Shown one piece after another: positions 26,684 through 38,789 of a stretch of 64,000 nt of DNA. Position 1 is the first letter of the stretch. The number at the start of each line of letters is the position of its first letter. The notes beneath the pieces were generated by a model. The model was not told the DNA's origin. It made no database searches and was given only the letters and a program-made list of their open reading frames with translations. The translations under genes and the position numbers were made by a program. Source of the DNA: Lama glama (taxonomy: Eukaryota); NCBI GenBank assembly GCA_028534125.1, contig CM052817.1, positions 70,372,001 through 70,436,000 on the forward strand. Reading direction: 5' to 3'.

Positions 26684-27879
26684 CTAAAGCCTATTTTTCA
26701 AAAATCCTATAAGTATAAAAATGTTTGTGAGAAATGGGTCATTTATTTCTCTCATTAGAAGAAAAATTGACTGGCGTGGGCTAAAATTGGAGAGGTTCAA
26801 AACAGCTGGTTTATTAGAACCTGTTTCTGAATGCCCACTGATCAAAGCAGCCTAAACACCTTATTCTTCTCACACCTAGAACATTTATCTGCCCAAGGTG
26901 TTGCATTCTTAGAGGTAAGTTTTCACCCAAAGCATTGCAGCCATAGATGAAATCAAATAGAGCTGGTTTCAATCACTTGCAGTGCTTAAAATATTTATAA
27001 TCCTTTCTATAGCCAAAGGCAGCAGGCTAATTATTTACCAAGCAAGTGGAAATGATGTCCCCAAGGATATGGTAGAACTGATACATCAATTGGGAGAAAG
27101 ACTGGTAGTTAGCTGGAGTGCGGGGAGTCTCAAAAGCATCTTGGAGTGGCTCTATTTTAGACTCACGTAAGAACTGGACCCATCGTGCTACAAATGACAC
27201 TTTCGCTACTGAAAAGATCAAACGGTGCTGAAAGGGCTTCTGTAGCTAGTCCTCAAGTTGATTTTCTGAGCATCTCTAATGAGTTACAGTGAGAGAAATT
27301 TGTGCTCTCTTGGGCTAGAAGGTCCCAAAATGGAAAGGCTCTCTAGATTCCAGGAGAGAGATTTAATGGAGGTTGGAGATTATTGAGGCTCCACAAAAGG
27401 CTTTAAATTTCCTAGCCGAAAAGCTTTTTATTGGTAACGATGGTGATTTACAGGTTCTGCTAATTAGAAGACCAGTTAAGGCTTACTTTAAAAATTTTCA
27501 GAAAACTCAGTAACATCTAGCCTTGAAAATGGTGCTCCCTCTCATCTCACCCCTCAAAAATAACAACAGTAACATGTTTATATTCTTCCAGAATTTTTTC
27601 TATGTGTGTGTATGTGTGTGTGTGTAGATATATATGCATCTATTAGTCCTGGTGATGTTATCTAGATATCACATTACAATGCTGTTGGTCATTTCCAGCT
27701 CTTCTTGAAATGCTCACTTAATTAATGACAGAGAGGTCTGACACAAAGACCAATAGCCTGAAATGAGTTTGTCCAATGCTAAAAGTTCTGATTCCCACCT
27801 CACATCAGTAATAATAATGCTTCCTAAACACTACCAGCTGTGCTCTCTGTGGTTGTAAAACCTAGCCTGTGAGCATTTT

Positions 27880-28590
27880 GCAAGCCTGAAACCTGGAAGT
27901 TACCTTAACAACATCCTTTCCCTCCCCACTGTGCTCCATCCACAACTACGTGCAGGCAATCTGATCTCCTTCCAGGCTCAGATTTCTCCATTTTCAACAT
28001 CAGAACCTTGGTCCAGGTCATTGAAATCTCCCATCTGAGCTACTGCAGTAGCCTCCCTGTGATCTTGCCCTCCTTCAACTCATTTTCCACGAAATAGCTA
28101 GAGTGATCTTTCTAAAAACATAAACCTAACCCTAACATCCACTTATCAAAGGCTTTGTGTTGCACATACAACGAAGTCCTTGCATGATGCTGCCATCAGT
28201 CCTTACATGATCGAACTCTGCCTCCCTGTCCAGCCTCAGTCACTCTCCCCTCACTTCCCAGGCTCTGGCCACTCCGACTGTCAATTCCAGGAGTATCCAT
28301 CCATGTTCTCTCCTGGCTCAGATACATGGACCCTGCTGTTCTCTCTACCTGAAATCTTCTTCCTCAACTCTCCCTACTTCACGTAGTTAATTCCTATCCA
28401 GCCTTCAGATCTCAGCTCAAACATCACTTTGTCAAGGTAAGTATTTACTGTGTCTGTGTGATTGGTTAATGTCCCTGTTGCCCACTAGACTGTAGGCGCC
28501 ATGTAAGCAGGTCTGTTTTAGTACCTGGTTTCCCCAGAAACTAACAAAGTGCCTGCCACATGGCAGGAACTGGAATATTTGCCAAGCCAA
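27880..28590 (+). mobile_element. L2 LINE 3' part
   Basis: tactgcagtagcctcc, gctagagtgatctttctaaaa, ccttcagatctcagctcaaacatcac, cccactagactgtagg, gtgcctgccacatggcagg. Confidence 0.8.
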
Positions 28591-28984
28591 TTTACTTCCC
28601 TGTGAAGGATCTTAATTTGCTAACAATTAAAGGACCAGTGCAAGTCAAGCTGCTGGACAGAGTCCCAGCTGGGGAAACAGTGACCATGCCCTCTGGTAAA
28701 AAAGCGAGAAAGTAGGAATTTTCTCTCCATTTCTGATACTACCCATGCACCAAATCCTGGCTTCAGGGTGCTCTGTTCAGCTTGGTCATGCCTGGATGGG
28801 CAAAGATGAGACATACGGACAGTATATGGACATATGGACAGCAGTACTGAATCCTCCTTTTTCAAGATGAAAAAATGACTTTCCAAAGGTTTTGTTTTGT
28901 TTTGTTTTTTTAAATAATTAAATTTTAATAGCTAACTGAGCTGGGGAAATAAACCAAATCCATCAAAATTACTTTTCCATCCTT

Positions 28985-29018
28985 TGGCGCCCTCTATTGA
29001 CAGTAAATGCAATTGCAG
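28985..29018 (-). promoter_or_regulatory. Candidate CTCF site (core plus upstream module)
   Basis: Minus strand CTGCAATTGC-attta-CTGTCAATAGAGGGCGCCA. The core resembles CCASYAGRKGGCRS and a TGCA upstream module sits 5 bp away. Confidence 0.55.
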
Positions 29019-29914
29019 TTAAATTATTCCAAAGTCTCTTCTAGCTGGGAGAGATGAGAAGGTATTTGCAGGTCTTTCTACAAATACAGATTCTGGGTGA
29101 ATTTATAGTCTTTGGGAAGATCTGATACTCTCTCACCAAAAGTGATGTTTATGGGTTCATGCATTTCAACTTTTTTGCCACGTCTTTAAGCATATATCTA
29201 ATGTTATTAGAACTCAGAGGAAATTTGTGATAGAATTTCCAAGTCTCAAACAGCAGTAAGAAAGAAGCATCTTTGCCTGTGCAGAAAATATGCTTTACAC
29301 AGAACTTCCAGGTTATTTTTTTGTTTTTCTTACCTGGGCAAAACTCAGACCTATACTGGAAACAAGGCCAAAGCAAATATTAAAATATATTTGTTTTAAA
29401 ATTTATTTTAATTATTTTTCATTTAAAATCAAATAGTTTTTTAATTTAATTTTAATTGATTTTAATTTTTTCCAGGTAATGTTAGTTCCAAAATAATGTT
29501 AATTCTTTTCTAAACATATGACCCACTTGTCATAGAAAAACAGATGAATCAGTAAAAAAGGATAAATCAATTTTCATATATGACTTTAACCAGAAGCATA
29601 ATTGTTGAGTTAGGAAATTATTTTTTTAAGTATTACAATTGAAGCAAACAAAAATATAAAAATTCTCTAAAATGAATTTATTACACATGCTTAGTTTTCA
29701 CAGTTTTTAGGAGACACATGTAGAGCAGAACCCAAGAACCTGAAGGTCAAATACATAAAATTTTTCAGTCAGTCAGTACATAAAATTTTTCATTTTTTTC
29801 CTATGAAGTGGTCAGTGAAAATAAATAAACGAATGATGAATCTCTGTATTAGAATCTACAGGTCAGCCTGTATATCGGAAGTACATTGGATACTGAGGCA
29901 GTATCTGGAAGGCT

Positions 29915-30123
29915 GGGGCCAGAACAGTCCCTAGAAGGAGCACAGGCTGCCAAGTCAGCCAGATCTGGTACCATCCTGAGTCTGCCATTTTCTTGTGGTT
30001 TGACTTTCTGCAAACACGTTAACTCCCCTCATTCTTAGTTTCCTCATCTAGCCACTGGAGAAAATGACACAGAGATAGCTGTTGTAAAGATTAAATGAAA
30101 TAATGTATGTCAAGTGCCTAGAA
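29915..30123 (+). mobile_element. MIR SINE (interrupted; resumes ~31064-31100)
   Basis: ttagtttcctcatct...gttgtaaagattaaatgaaataatgtatgtcaagtgcctag. Confidence 0.8.
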
Positions 30124-31063
30124 CAAAGCTATCCAATAGAAATATAATGCAAGCTACACATGTCACTTAAAATTTCTAGTGGCTGTGCTAAAAACAGTAA
30201 AAGGAAACAAATGAGTGTCATTTAACCCCATAGAACCCAAATGAAATATTATCATTACAACGTGTAATCAGTATAAAAATGTACTAACAAGATATTTTAC
30301 ACTTTTTTTCATGATAGGTCTTCAAAATCCGGTGTTTACCTTATACTGATAGCACATCTCAATTCAGATACAAAATTTTCAATGATTACAATCTACAAAA
30401 GCAATAAAGGTGTTTTTAATGGAGGAATATTTTACACTGCTTCAGTTTTAAAATTAAGTAAAATTAAGTAAATTTTGAAATTCAGTACCACCATCTCTCT
30501 CTCTTGTCACATTTCCAGCGCTCATTATCCCTGCGAGGCTAGTCGCTAACTGCGATAGATGATTTTGTATCCATTTGACTGGCTAATGAGTTGCCCAGAT
30601 TAAACATCATTTCTGGGTGTGTCTGCGGGAGTGATTTGGGATGAGATTAGCATTTGAATCAGTGCACTCACTAAAGTACATGGCTTCTCTCCAAAGTGGT
30701 GTCTCTCTCACTCTCCAAACTGTTGAAAGCCTGAACAGAGCAAAAAGGCAGAAGAAGGAGAAATCCATCTTTTTTCTGCCTTACCGCTTGAGCTGGGACA
30801 TCTGATATCTTTTCTTGCCCTTGGCCTGGGATTTATACCATTGCCCCCCACCCCCACTGCCTCTCAGGCCTTTGGACTTGGACTGAATCACATCACCAGC
30901 TTTCCTGGGTCTCCAGCTTGCAGATGGCAGATTTTAGGACTTCTCAGTCCCTATAATGGTGTGAGCCAATTCCTCATAATTTCATAAGAATGAATGACTA
31001 TATATAGATTTTATTTCTCTGGAGAACCCTGGCTAACACACTATCATATTGGACCATGCACAG
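30124..31063. mobile_element. MER33/Charlie1-derived hAT element, interrupted by an MLT2 LTR
   Basis: gctatccaatagaaatataatgcaagctacac at the left end, catattggaccatgcacag at the right end, internal cttcaaaatccggtgt. Confidence 0.8.
30551..31040 (+). mobile_element. ERVL solo LTR (MLT2 family)
   Basis: TG...CA termini; gatgagattagcatttgaatcagtg and tttctctggagaaccctggctaacaca; 5-bp TSD ctaac/ctatc. Confidence 0.9.
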
Positions 31064-34000
31064 CTAGCACATTCCCAGCCTATAGTAGCTTTTGGTAAAT
31101 GCTAATTCATTCCAATCCTGGCTCTGCCACCAACGAAGTGACCTTGATCAAATCATTGACCTCTCTGGACCTCACTTTCCTCATCTGTAAAACAAGGGTG
31201 TTGAACTATGCGATCCTTGAGACTCCTCTAATCTATAATTTTATATTTCTAAATCCCCACCCCAACACTGGCCCCATGCTCCTTGGACTCACACAATTTC
31301 CAGAAAGGAAAGCAGAAACTTTCTGTTTATCCCCACACTATCAATTCTGTTCTACAATCTTGAATGGAGCATCAGCTGTGTGTGGGACCTGAAGACACAC
31401 AGACAATGTGGTACTGGCCCTGCCCTCTAGAAGCTCACAGTTGAATGATGTGACCCACTGTAACACATTCAGCACAAGCTGTGTTCAAGCTACGAACAAC
31501 TGCTGTGGTAACACAATGGATAGCAATAATCCCACAGAGCTCACAGATGGTTGTTTTAATTTAGCAAAGTACATGAAAAATCAGTTAACCCATGTGTTTG
31601 GCATCACCCAAACAAAATACCCAATATATTGGATTTTCTTATTTTGAACCTATGCTCTAGGTTTCATCTGGCCATAGCCTAAGTATCTGAGGAGAACACA
31701 AATGGTGCTAAAACACATACATCCTATCCTAAAACATGCTTTATTTGGTCTGTCTGGTCTAGGAGACGTGTCCTGATCTGCTCACCACGGATTCTCCTGA
31801 GTAGAGCAAGTCCTCTTGCCAACATTTGCCGAGCAGATACCAGCCTGCAAGTTGAAAGTCTGCATAAAGCAATTTCCGGCTGAGGCAAAGCACTCAGAGC
31901 CCCCACCTTCACTGGCTTAGTCAGCAGTATCTCTTTCAACTCACCTGGTCTAAGTGCTGACCATGCTCCACAAAATGATTCATTTCAACCTCAGCTGCTG
32001 AGACCTACGATTCACCTCTTATGCTTCAACTCTTTGCAAATTGGAACCTGTGCTGGTTCCATTTGCTAATGGTGACTACAGCCTTGTCTCTCCAAATTCC
32101 AGCATTGAAGGACAAAGACATAGCTATAAATTTCACTGAACCCTGATGTGTAAAGTTATTGTTTCTTAGGTCTCCAAAGCATTTATTTCTGCCCCACATA
32201 GAAGCTATTCTCTGCAATGAAATGGGAAGGCTTCTCAAAAGAAAGCATTTGATGATCTAGCTGGTAAAAACAGACATGATTAAAACAGAGGCAAAGAATC
32301 CACATGTTGCTATTACCTTAATGATTAAAACATGCAGCTCATTAATTTAATCTGAGACTGAGCCCTTTTGTGGGTAGACAACTCATATGTAATGTCTTAC
32401 TCCAGCTAAAGAGACTTGTCCCATGCCAAGCCTGGATCCCCATTTCTTTTATTATTGAAAAGCCATTGGTACAATCCAAAATGATTAAAGCCACAGAGAT
32501 TGAATTGCAGACAAAGAACTTCAGATTGGATCAGGGATGGGAAAATAAAACTCCAACCGAGTAGAGGACTCAAGGGACCCACAATCTAAACATTTGTTTT
32601 TTGTTTGTTTTTTTTTTTTTACAAGCTGGAAAATTCAACTTTCTAGTTCATAACATGTAAGGGAAAATAACTGGCATAGTCTATTAATACACTAATACTT
32701 TTTTGTGAGAGGAGTTCCTCCAGGGACCCTAAAAGAGGACCCTTAAAATCACATATGTATTATACACAAAATGTCAGACATATAAGACAACTAACGAAAC
32801 AAGGATTCCTGGGTCCAATTCTCCTTGTCCATAGATACTGACTGTATGAACCTAGGGAAATTTTTTAACTTGATTACTGGGATAATAATTAACAAAATAG
32901 TACCTAAAACATTTAACCAGAAAGCAGACCAGCAAAATTAACATTCCACAAAAATTTATAGAAAAATAAATGAAAAAAAAATCAAATTGCCTCCAGGTAA
33001 CTAATCTATAAAAAATCAAATATTCTCATTATAACTATTCCTTTGTACAAAACAAAAACAAATAATTCAAGCCTTTGCTATCACTCAAAAAAAGCAAAGA
33101 ATGTCTTTTTCAATTGCTAATACCCTGCATCTAAGTTTTAAGATTCATCAAACCACTTCTCAGTCACCAGACTTGAGCCTTGTTCTTTCTCTTCGTAAGT
33201 TACGACTTACATAATAAAGCAAACTGTATCCTTAGGTGATGTTAGGTTAGGCTACAGAGGAGATTCCTGTCCCCTCTTATACATCTTTCACACTCCATCC
33301 ATTCCCACGGGATCCTCTTGACCTAGCTCATGAAACAGATTAGTTGAGTGAGGGGCACAATTCTTAGGATACTTTTTGGTGCTCCTTAAAAACTAAAGTG
33401 TTTATGTTGAGGTAGATCCTATTTTAACCAAATGGGAAATTTCATTCTGATATTCTGCTGTTAGCCAGTTCTTTCAATGGAAAGACAATCATGACAAATG
33501 TTATATGAATTTTTCCACTTGACTATAGATAGGTTCTTAAGTCAAAATAAGTTTATCTTCAGTAATAAAAATACTCAAAGAAAAACTCTTAAATGGACTG
33601 TGTCTAGAGCAACTTACTCTGCCTGTGTGTTAACACAGGAGCTGTATTGCCTGCTAAGACAAAGAGAGTGATAAATGGTGATATCACAATCATTTATTTT
33701 TTATTTTTATACATGGGGCCTATTTCTGGTTGATATTTCCTCTGGCTTGGCAGAATTGGCAATAGGATATTGATGCCTAAGAGTAATGCTTAAGGCAAAA
33801 ATCTTGGTGTTTTAGATGAATTCTTTTATATAAATACCTCTTTGTGACCTGCTGTTTAACAGATTTTACAATGCATTATATCATGCTCCAATATTAGGAC
33901 TTTTAGTTTGGGACTAGCAGAAATAGTTCAGCTAGTGAAAATAATAATTTTTTCATGCTATACTACATAGTAATTTAAAGTATTTCAATTAAACAAACTG

Positions 34001-34970
34001 TCTCATTACTGCTCCTTGATGATGCTTTGATATGATCAGAAATCCCAAGGATGCTATTGGGATACACTCTTAACTATCACATGAATGTGCTAAAGAAGGT
34101 TACCATATGCCAAACATTTTAGAGCACTCAGATGACCTACTTTAAAAACGTTTGAAGCCATTTTGTGGTGTGGACTCAGAACAAATTACCCTTGTTTAAT
34201 AAGTAGCTTCCAATTTATGTTCCAAAAAGCATCCAAGCTCTCCCACTGAGATTTTAAAAATTCCACTTCTTTCTCCCATCATAGCTTAAGATTATTTGAA
34301 AGTACATTTGTTCATAAAGTACTTGTTATCCTCTTACTATTTTGCTTTTCACAGGACAGTCTAATAGTGGATGTTATAATAAATAATTGACTGTTTTATA
34401 TCATATTCCCTGTCATTTCACCCCCAAAGATTCTAAATTCACTTGGACAGTTCTCTAAGAAACAAAAGATTAAGTACAGAAATAAACTAAATTGCTTAAG
34501 GTAGCATTGAGATACTCAAGATAAATTAAATGTTGCTACTTTAAGTTGAATATTCAAATGCCGTCAGATAAGCTGAAGGTTTAAAAAGATTTTAAAATTC
34601 TGTTAATTTTACTGTGTTGAAAACAGATGGAAAAAACCCCTCCAAATTCCTCATGTTCTTAAGCAAGAAGATCACTTGTAAACTTTTTTGTCATGTAAAC
34701 AACTAGCTTCTTGAATTTAAATACCTGTTAATTTTAATTTAAATATTAGACAAACCAGTTGTTGGACATGGTAACAAATAACTCAATGCTCCATGTACTG
34801 AATTTTCAATTTGTTGTTTTGGTACTGTATGCTACAGCAATAGGAAAAGCATAGATTTTGAGATCTTAACTCAAATCTGCTTTAACCTGTAAAAGTGAAG
34901 CAGTATTATTTACTCAAGCCTGCTAATAATAACACTATCTTTTATCTTGATTGTATAAACCATTTCTTTA

Positions 34971-35349
34971 CTAGTTAGGGTAAGTAGTGCTAGCTGCTAT
35001 AACAGACCCCATGATCTCAGTGGCACACAATGAAAGTTTCTCCCTCACACACAATGTCCAGTGTGATGGTTCCCTCTGTGGCTTCAAAATTAATGAGGGT
35101 TTCAGAGTTCTCTCTTGGATCGTACAGTCAGAGGATGGACTGCCTGATCCAGAGAGAGACTATGAAGAGCACCGCAGGAACTCAGGGGGAGGAAAGCCTA
35201 GGGCTAAAAGTAACGTACCTCATTTCCACCACTGTTTCAACTCAGTTACGTGGTCACAACTAAGTACAGGGGAGGCTGGCAAATGTAGACTGGCTGTCTA
35301 CTAGTAGGTAAGAAATAGGTTTTGGTGAACACATAGAGATCTTGTCACA
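34971..35349 (-). mobile_element. MaLR LTR (old MLT1)
   Basis: gctagctgctataacagacccc...ctcagtggc and ggggaggctggcaaatgtagac motifs. Confidence 0.65.
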
Positions 35350-36509
35350 AGCCTCTATCGCCTCAGCAGGGACTTGCTAAAAGGAATCTAGTCTCTCCAT
35401 CACCCTTATAACAAGAGAGAGCATCACCTGGGTGGTAAACTGAGTAGTAAACACAAAGTCTATGCAGTGACACTGAAAATACTAGTCTAACTAAAAGGAG
35501 TAAGTAACCAGTATAAAATACTAAAAGGTACTAAGTAATCTATGCAACATGATATTTAACCATCATTGTCCCAAGTGCCTCTTCAAAGTACAAGGATTCA
35601 GTTTTTCCATGCAATTCTCTGAATCTCTTGAGTTCTGAAAGTACTTTTCTTTTCCACTCACCTGGCTGTCAAAAATGGCAGACATGGTAACTTTAACTTC
35701 ACTTTAATCCTGAAAGCTAGAATTAATCAAAATAGTTCACCGAAATATTTCTTCCTGGCCTGCGTGACCCAAATTAGTGTTTTAAGAAGCACACCTCATG
35801 AACCAATTTGAAGTTGAAGCTGTGTGTATGCGTGTGTGTGTGTGTGTTTTAAGCTATGTATTTTTGAAAGCTTGAATCCAGACAAAGCCTCAAAAGAACA
35901 TCCAAATAGTCTCTCAACTGATACTTCATTCAGTTTAAGTTCCTGCCAGAGGTCTGATTTGAGTCCTTGTTAATGATCAAGCTTTCCAAACTTTCTGCAA
36001 TGACCTCTGATGCAAAAGAAAATCCACCCCATTGTATAACTAGTCTCCAAAGCAAAAATTAAGCAGAAAACTGAGGCAAGTTCCCAGAAAATTCAAGCAA
36101 AACCTCACAGCTTGATATATATCTTCTTTTAAATATCACAACCCCAGAGCAAGACAGCAAATAATTGATAGGCAACGCAGAGAAGGGTAACTGACAGGAC
36201 TGAACCCCTGCAGGGACTGACCTAGAAAGAGATAAAAGAAACTGAGAGAGACTGGTTGCTCCATCTTCACACAGTCCTGAGAGGTAGACATTGCTGAGAT
36301 CTGGCCTGTCTAATCCCTCCATGGCTTCAAACATATTGTTCAGTTTCTATTTTGGTAACGCTTACTTTTTCAAATGGGGAGAGTAAGAAGCAGGTTCAGT
36401 TTCATCTCTAGGCTGAGGTGCATTCAAAGGGCATCTGTCTGATTTGTTTTTTCTCTAGAGGGCAATCTTCCCAAAGCTTTCCAGAGAGATTCCTCTGGGA
36501 CCGAATAAA

Positions 36510-36670
36510 AGTTACTTAACCTCACTGGCCTCAATTTTCTCTTCTGCAGAAGGGGCATTTAAAATATCTACCTTGTGGGCTTGAATGAGGATAAAATAAG
36601 TTAAATATATAAAGTCGCTGAACAAAGGGCCTTACAAATAAAAGAACTCAAGAAATGATAGCCATTGTTA
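36510..36670 (+). mobile_element. MIR SINE
   Basis: agttacttaacctcactggcctcaattttctcttctgcagaa core. Confidence 0.75.
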
Positions 36671-37934
36671 TGTTAAAAAGAAAGTTTGTATCAGCTGTCG
36701 ATGACCTCTGGCATTACCTAATAATCCTTCAAGTTGGTAAAATATTACTTGAAGCCTAAAACTCTCTGTATTTAATTTAATCTTAATTCCACTCATTTTA
36801 GGCTATATTTTAGAGACTTACACAGTATCTTCTATGTGTTTTTATGTAGTTTCAATTTTCTTGAAAAGTCTGGAGAGTCAGGAAAATGGTAAGGTTGAAA
36901 CAGATGGTGCTGCCTAGACCTAAGTTTGTCCACACAGAAGCTCAGCAAGAATTTATGGCGAAACAGTTCTTGACTCATGACAGGAGGTATGGCAAATGTG
37001 TGGCCGCTGTAATACCTAGCTCACCTCCAAAACAGACATCTCCCTCTACTAGTGAACATCTAGATCATCAAACTCTTCCATAGAGCCCTGATTTTTCCAT
37101 AAACTTCTCTTCAGAAATACTTTGGACAGTCCCCACAGATCTATCAGCCATTACTAATCTATTTCCATTCACGGGCAATCACACAGAGTGGAGCATATTT
37201 TAAATGGGAAGAAAACCTTGAAGAACAAACTGGTTTTGACTTCTTATTTTGGTTTTCTGTGTCTGGAGACCAAAACAAAACAAAGCAAAGCAAAACATGA
37301 TTAAAGCCAATTCTTGATCATCTGTGATAACGGAGAGTACAGTATAGCATGAACAAATCAAATTAACGAATCTCAAAAGCCTACAGTAGAAATGAAAACT
37401 TAAAAGAAAATTATGTCTAAATATAAGACATCATTGGAACACAAGAAGCTTAAGTTTCATTTGAAAACAAACAGCAAAAAAATCCATGGTGGGCAATGAT
37501 GGGCAAAACTGTTCTTTTGTCAAGAGCTGTTTACAAGTAACTAAATCTGCAGATTTTATTTTCACTTCCTCTGCCCTTCACTGCAAGTAGACTAGTAGAT
37601 GGGGTAAGGTATCTCAACAGGGCAAGAGGCAAAAAGGAAGAGAGACAACTGAGCTGGGAAACCAGACATGTTGATCAGTTCTCGAATAATCCACATCTGC
37701 AAAGCTATGAAATTTTTGGTGATTAACATGAAAACAGTCTCAGTGCTAAGTGAGAAAAGGTGAAGTAACAGTATGGGAAGCCTATAAGAAAAAGCTAAAA
37801 ATATTTCAAAGAATACAATCTATGAACTAGAAAACAAATCTCCAACAGCAATTTTGTTAAGTTCTTGCATAAAAGACAAGATCATCTATGTTGACTCAAG
37901 GTAAGGATGACATGTGTTGGGTCACTACCATTGA

Positions 37935-38185
37935 GAGCAGCAGAATAGCACCGCAGTGGACAGACTCTAGTCTGGGTTCAATCCCAACTCTGCAAATTTC
38001 CTGCTTTGTGACCTTGGACAAATTGCATGAGTTCTCTGTGTCTCAGTTTTCTTCTCTATAAAGTGCGGGTGATAACAGAAACACCTTATAATGTTCTGAA
38101 AGGTTTAAATGAGTTAATGTATCTAACATTGAGAACAGTTCTTGACATATAATAGGTATTATACTTGAATATTTGCTGCTGTTCC
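37935..38185 (+). mobile_element. MIR SINE
   Basis: ctgggttcaatcccaactctgc...gtgaccttggacaa...tctcagttttcttctctataaa...gtttaaatgagttaat. Confidence 0.85.
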
Positions 38186-38292
38186 TAATTGTTAAAGATC
38201 AAACCTCAAAGGAAGAATAGATCCTTTTTAAAAAATAGTAGGACACATTACTGAGTTTTTATCATGTGTTTATTTTTAGACACTTTAGAGAG

Positions 38293-38789
38293 TGTATTAG
38301 TTTCCTACAGTTGCTGTAATAGATTTCCACAAATTTAGTGGTTTAAACCACACAAATTTATTATCTTACAGTGCTGGAAGTCAGAAGTCTGAAATGAGTC
38401 TCACTGGGCTAAAATCAGGAATTTGGTAGGGCATGCCTTTCTGGGGTGCTAGGGGAAAATCTGTTTTCTTGCCTTTTTAGTTTCTAGAGGCTGCCTACAT
38501 TCCTTGGCTGGTGGCCCCCTTCCAATGTCAAAGTCAGCAGTGTGAAGTCCTTCTCACATTACATCACCAACACTGACTTTCTACTTCCTTCTTCTACATT
38601 TCAGACCTCTGTGATTACACTGGACTCATCCTGATAATCCAGGATAATCTTCCTATTTTAAACTCAGTTTAGCAACCTTAATTCCATCTGCAACCCTAAT
38701 TCTCTTTGCCATTTAACAAAACATACTCATAGCTTCCAAAGTTTAGGGTGTAGACATGGTGGGGGGGTGGCGTTGTTCTGCTTATCACA
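38293..38789 (-). mobile_element. MaLR solo LTR (MLT1C/D-like)
   Basis: tgtattagtttcct...cacaaatttattatcttacagtgctggaagtcagaagtctgaaatg...cttatcaca; 5-bp TSD gagag/gtgag. Confidence 0.9.
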
